Shown here piece by piece: positions 63,209 through 64,000 of a stretch of DNA of 64,000 bases. Where the stretch lies: positions 69,912 through 133,911 of the forward strand of contig CADBKQ010000003.1 of NCBI GenBank assembly GCA_902795275.1, in the 5' to 3' direction. Below the pieces are notes generated by a model. That model did not search any database and was not told where the DNA came from. It was given only the letters and a program-made list of their open reading frames with translations. The translations under genes were made by a program, and so were the position numbers. How positions within the stretch are numbered: the first letter of the stretch is position 1; the number at the start of each line of letters is the position of its first letter. The stretch comes from an uncultured Eubacteriales bacterium. Its GTDB lineage: Bacteria; Bacillota; Clostridia; Christensenellales; Aristaeellaceae.

Positions 63209-64000
63209 ATGATGAGTGAACTGGAACACCGCCGCGGCACGGCAAGCCTGCGCATCCTGAACCCGGACGGCACGCCCGCGGCGCACCGCGCGGTGCGCGT
63301 CGACCAGGTATCCCACCGGTTTTTGTTCGGCTGCGGCGCGTTCGACGCCATCGCGATGAACTTCGTGAAGGAAGCGGACAAGAAAGCGGCGCTGGCCCGG
63401 CGCATGGAAAAATGGCTGGGCCTGTTCAACTACGGCACCCTTCCCTTCTACTGGGGCCGGTATGAGCCCGTGGAAGGGAAAACCGCCTACGCCGAAACCA
63501 TGGCAGCGGCGAAATGGCTGCGGGAAAAGGGCGTACAGGTGAAGGGCCATCCCCTGTGCTGGCACACGGTCTGCGCGCCCTGGCTGATGCAGTACAGCAA
63601 CGAAGAAATCCTGCGCCGTCAAATCGAGCGCATCCACCGGGACGTGAGCGCCTACAAAGGCGTGGTGGATATGTGGGACGTGATCAACGAAGTGGTGATC
63701 ATGCCGGTGTTCGATAAGTACGACAACGCGATCACCCGCATCTGCAAGGATGTGGGCCGCATCAAACTGGTCAGGGAAGTGTTCGCCGCGGCGAAGGAGA
63801 GCAACCCGGACGCCGTGCTGCTCATCAACGATTTCAACACCAGCGTGTCCTATGAAATTCTATTGGAAGGGCTGCTGGAAGCGGGCGTGCCCATCAGCGC
63901 CATCGGCATCCAGAGCCACCAGCACCAGGGCTATTGGGGCCTGGACAAGCTTAACGACGTGCTGGAACGCTTCTCCCGCTTCGGCCTGCCCCTCCACTTT
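63209..64000 (+). CDS. Glycoside hydrolase family 10 (xylanase-like), N-terminal part, no signal peptide; continues past the window end
   Basis: My translation gives MMSELEHRRGTASLRILNPDG...FGCGAFDA...GHPLCWH...WDVINEVV...INDFN..., a GH10-like pattern that includes the WDV(V/I)NE acid/base region. GGGAGGA RBS. Confidence 0.75.
   Translation, partial: MMSELEHRRGTASLRILNPDGTPAAHRAVRVDQVSHRFLFGCGAFDAIAMNFVKEADKKAALARRMEKWLGLFNYGTLPFYWGRYEPVEGKTAYAETMAAAKWLREKGVQVKGHPLCWHTVCAPWLMQYSNEEILRRQIERIHRDVSAYKGVVDMWDVINEVVIMPVFDKYDNAITRICKDVGRIKLVREVFAAAKESNPDAVLLINDFNTSVSYEILLEGLLEAGVPISAIGIQSHQHQGYWGLDKLNDVLERFSRFGLPLHF

Overview
This is a high-GC chromosomal segment of Firmicutes/Clostridia type. Gene content resembles Oscillospiraceae/Ruminococcaceae-like anaerobes, but that placement is inference only. 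It is mostly housekeeping and dense on both strands. On the minus strand, a B12-binding radical SAM gene (TIGR03960), TIGR03936, RNase G, miaB, a ylbF-like gene, mutS and mutL form one co-directional cluster (9463 down to 1). Other content: miaA and ynbB, two MATE exporters, two GGDEF proteins, argH, glf, glyA, iorAB, alr, rsmD and coaD. The rpmH-rnpA-yidD-yidC-jag cluster is present. A uracil permease sits behind a PyrR-type attenuator. A LacI-linked sugar operon encodes aldolase, FGGY kinase, Zn-ADH, AKR and a mutarotase. There is a stand-alone tRNA-Val(GAC), a polysaccharide locus (2 GT2, Wzx flippase, DUF4422, GT4), a TetR-MFS-CPBP unit, proA, and a MerR regulator next to a partial GH10 gene. 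I found no defence, phage, CRISPR or IS genes. The most unusual signal is non-coding. Eight intergenic gaps each carry a roughly 110-125 bp palindromic element whose arms are tandem 7-nt repeats. There are four arm types (AGAGTRC, AAGTTCT, GGAGTKA, TAGGGAT) around an AT-rich 47-65 nt loop, usually starting just after a stop codon. One copy is composite and carries a nested second palindrome. A second non-coding oddity is a roughly 450 nt, heavily base-paired gap between two convergent genes (37340-37785) that I could not assign to any RNA family. Many long ORFs in the supplied track are antisense shadows typical of GC-rich DNA and are not reported as genes.
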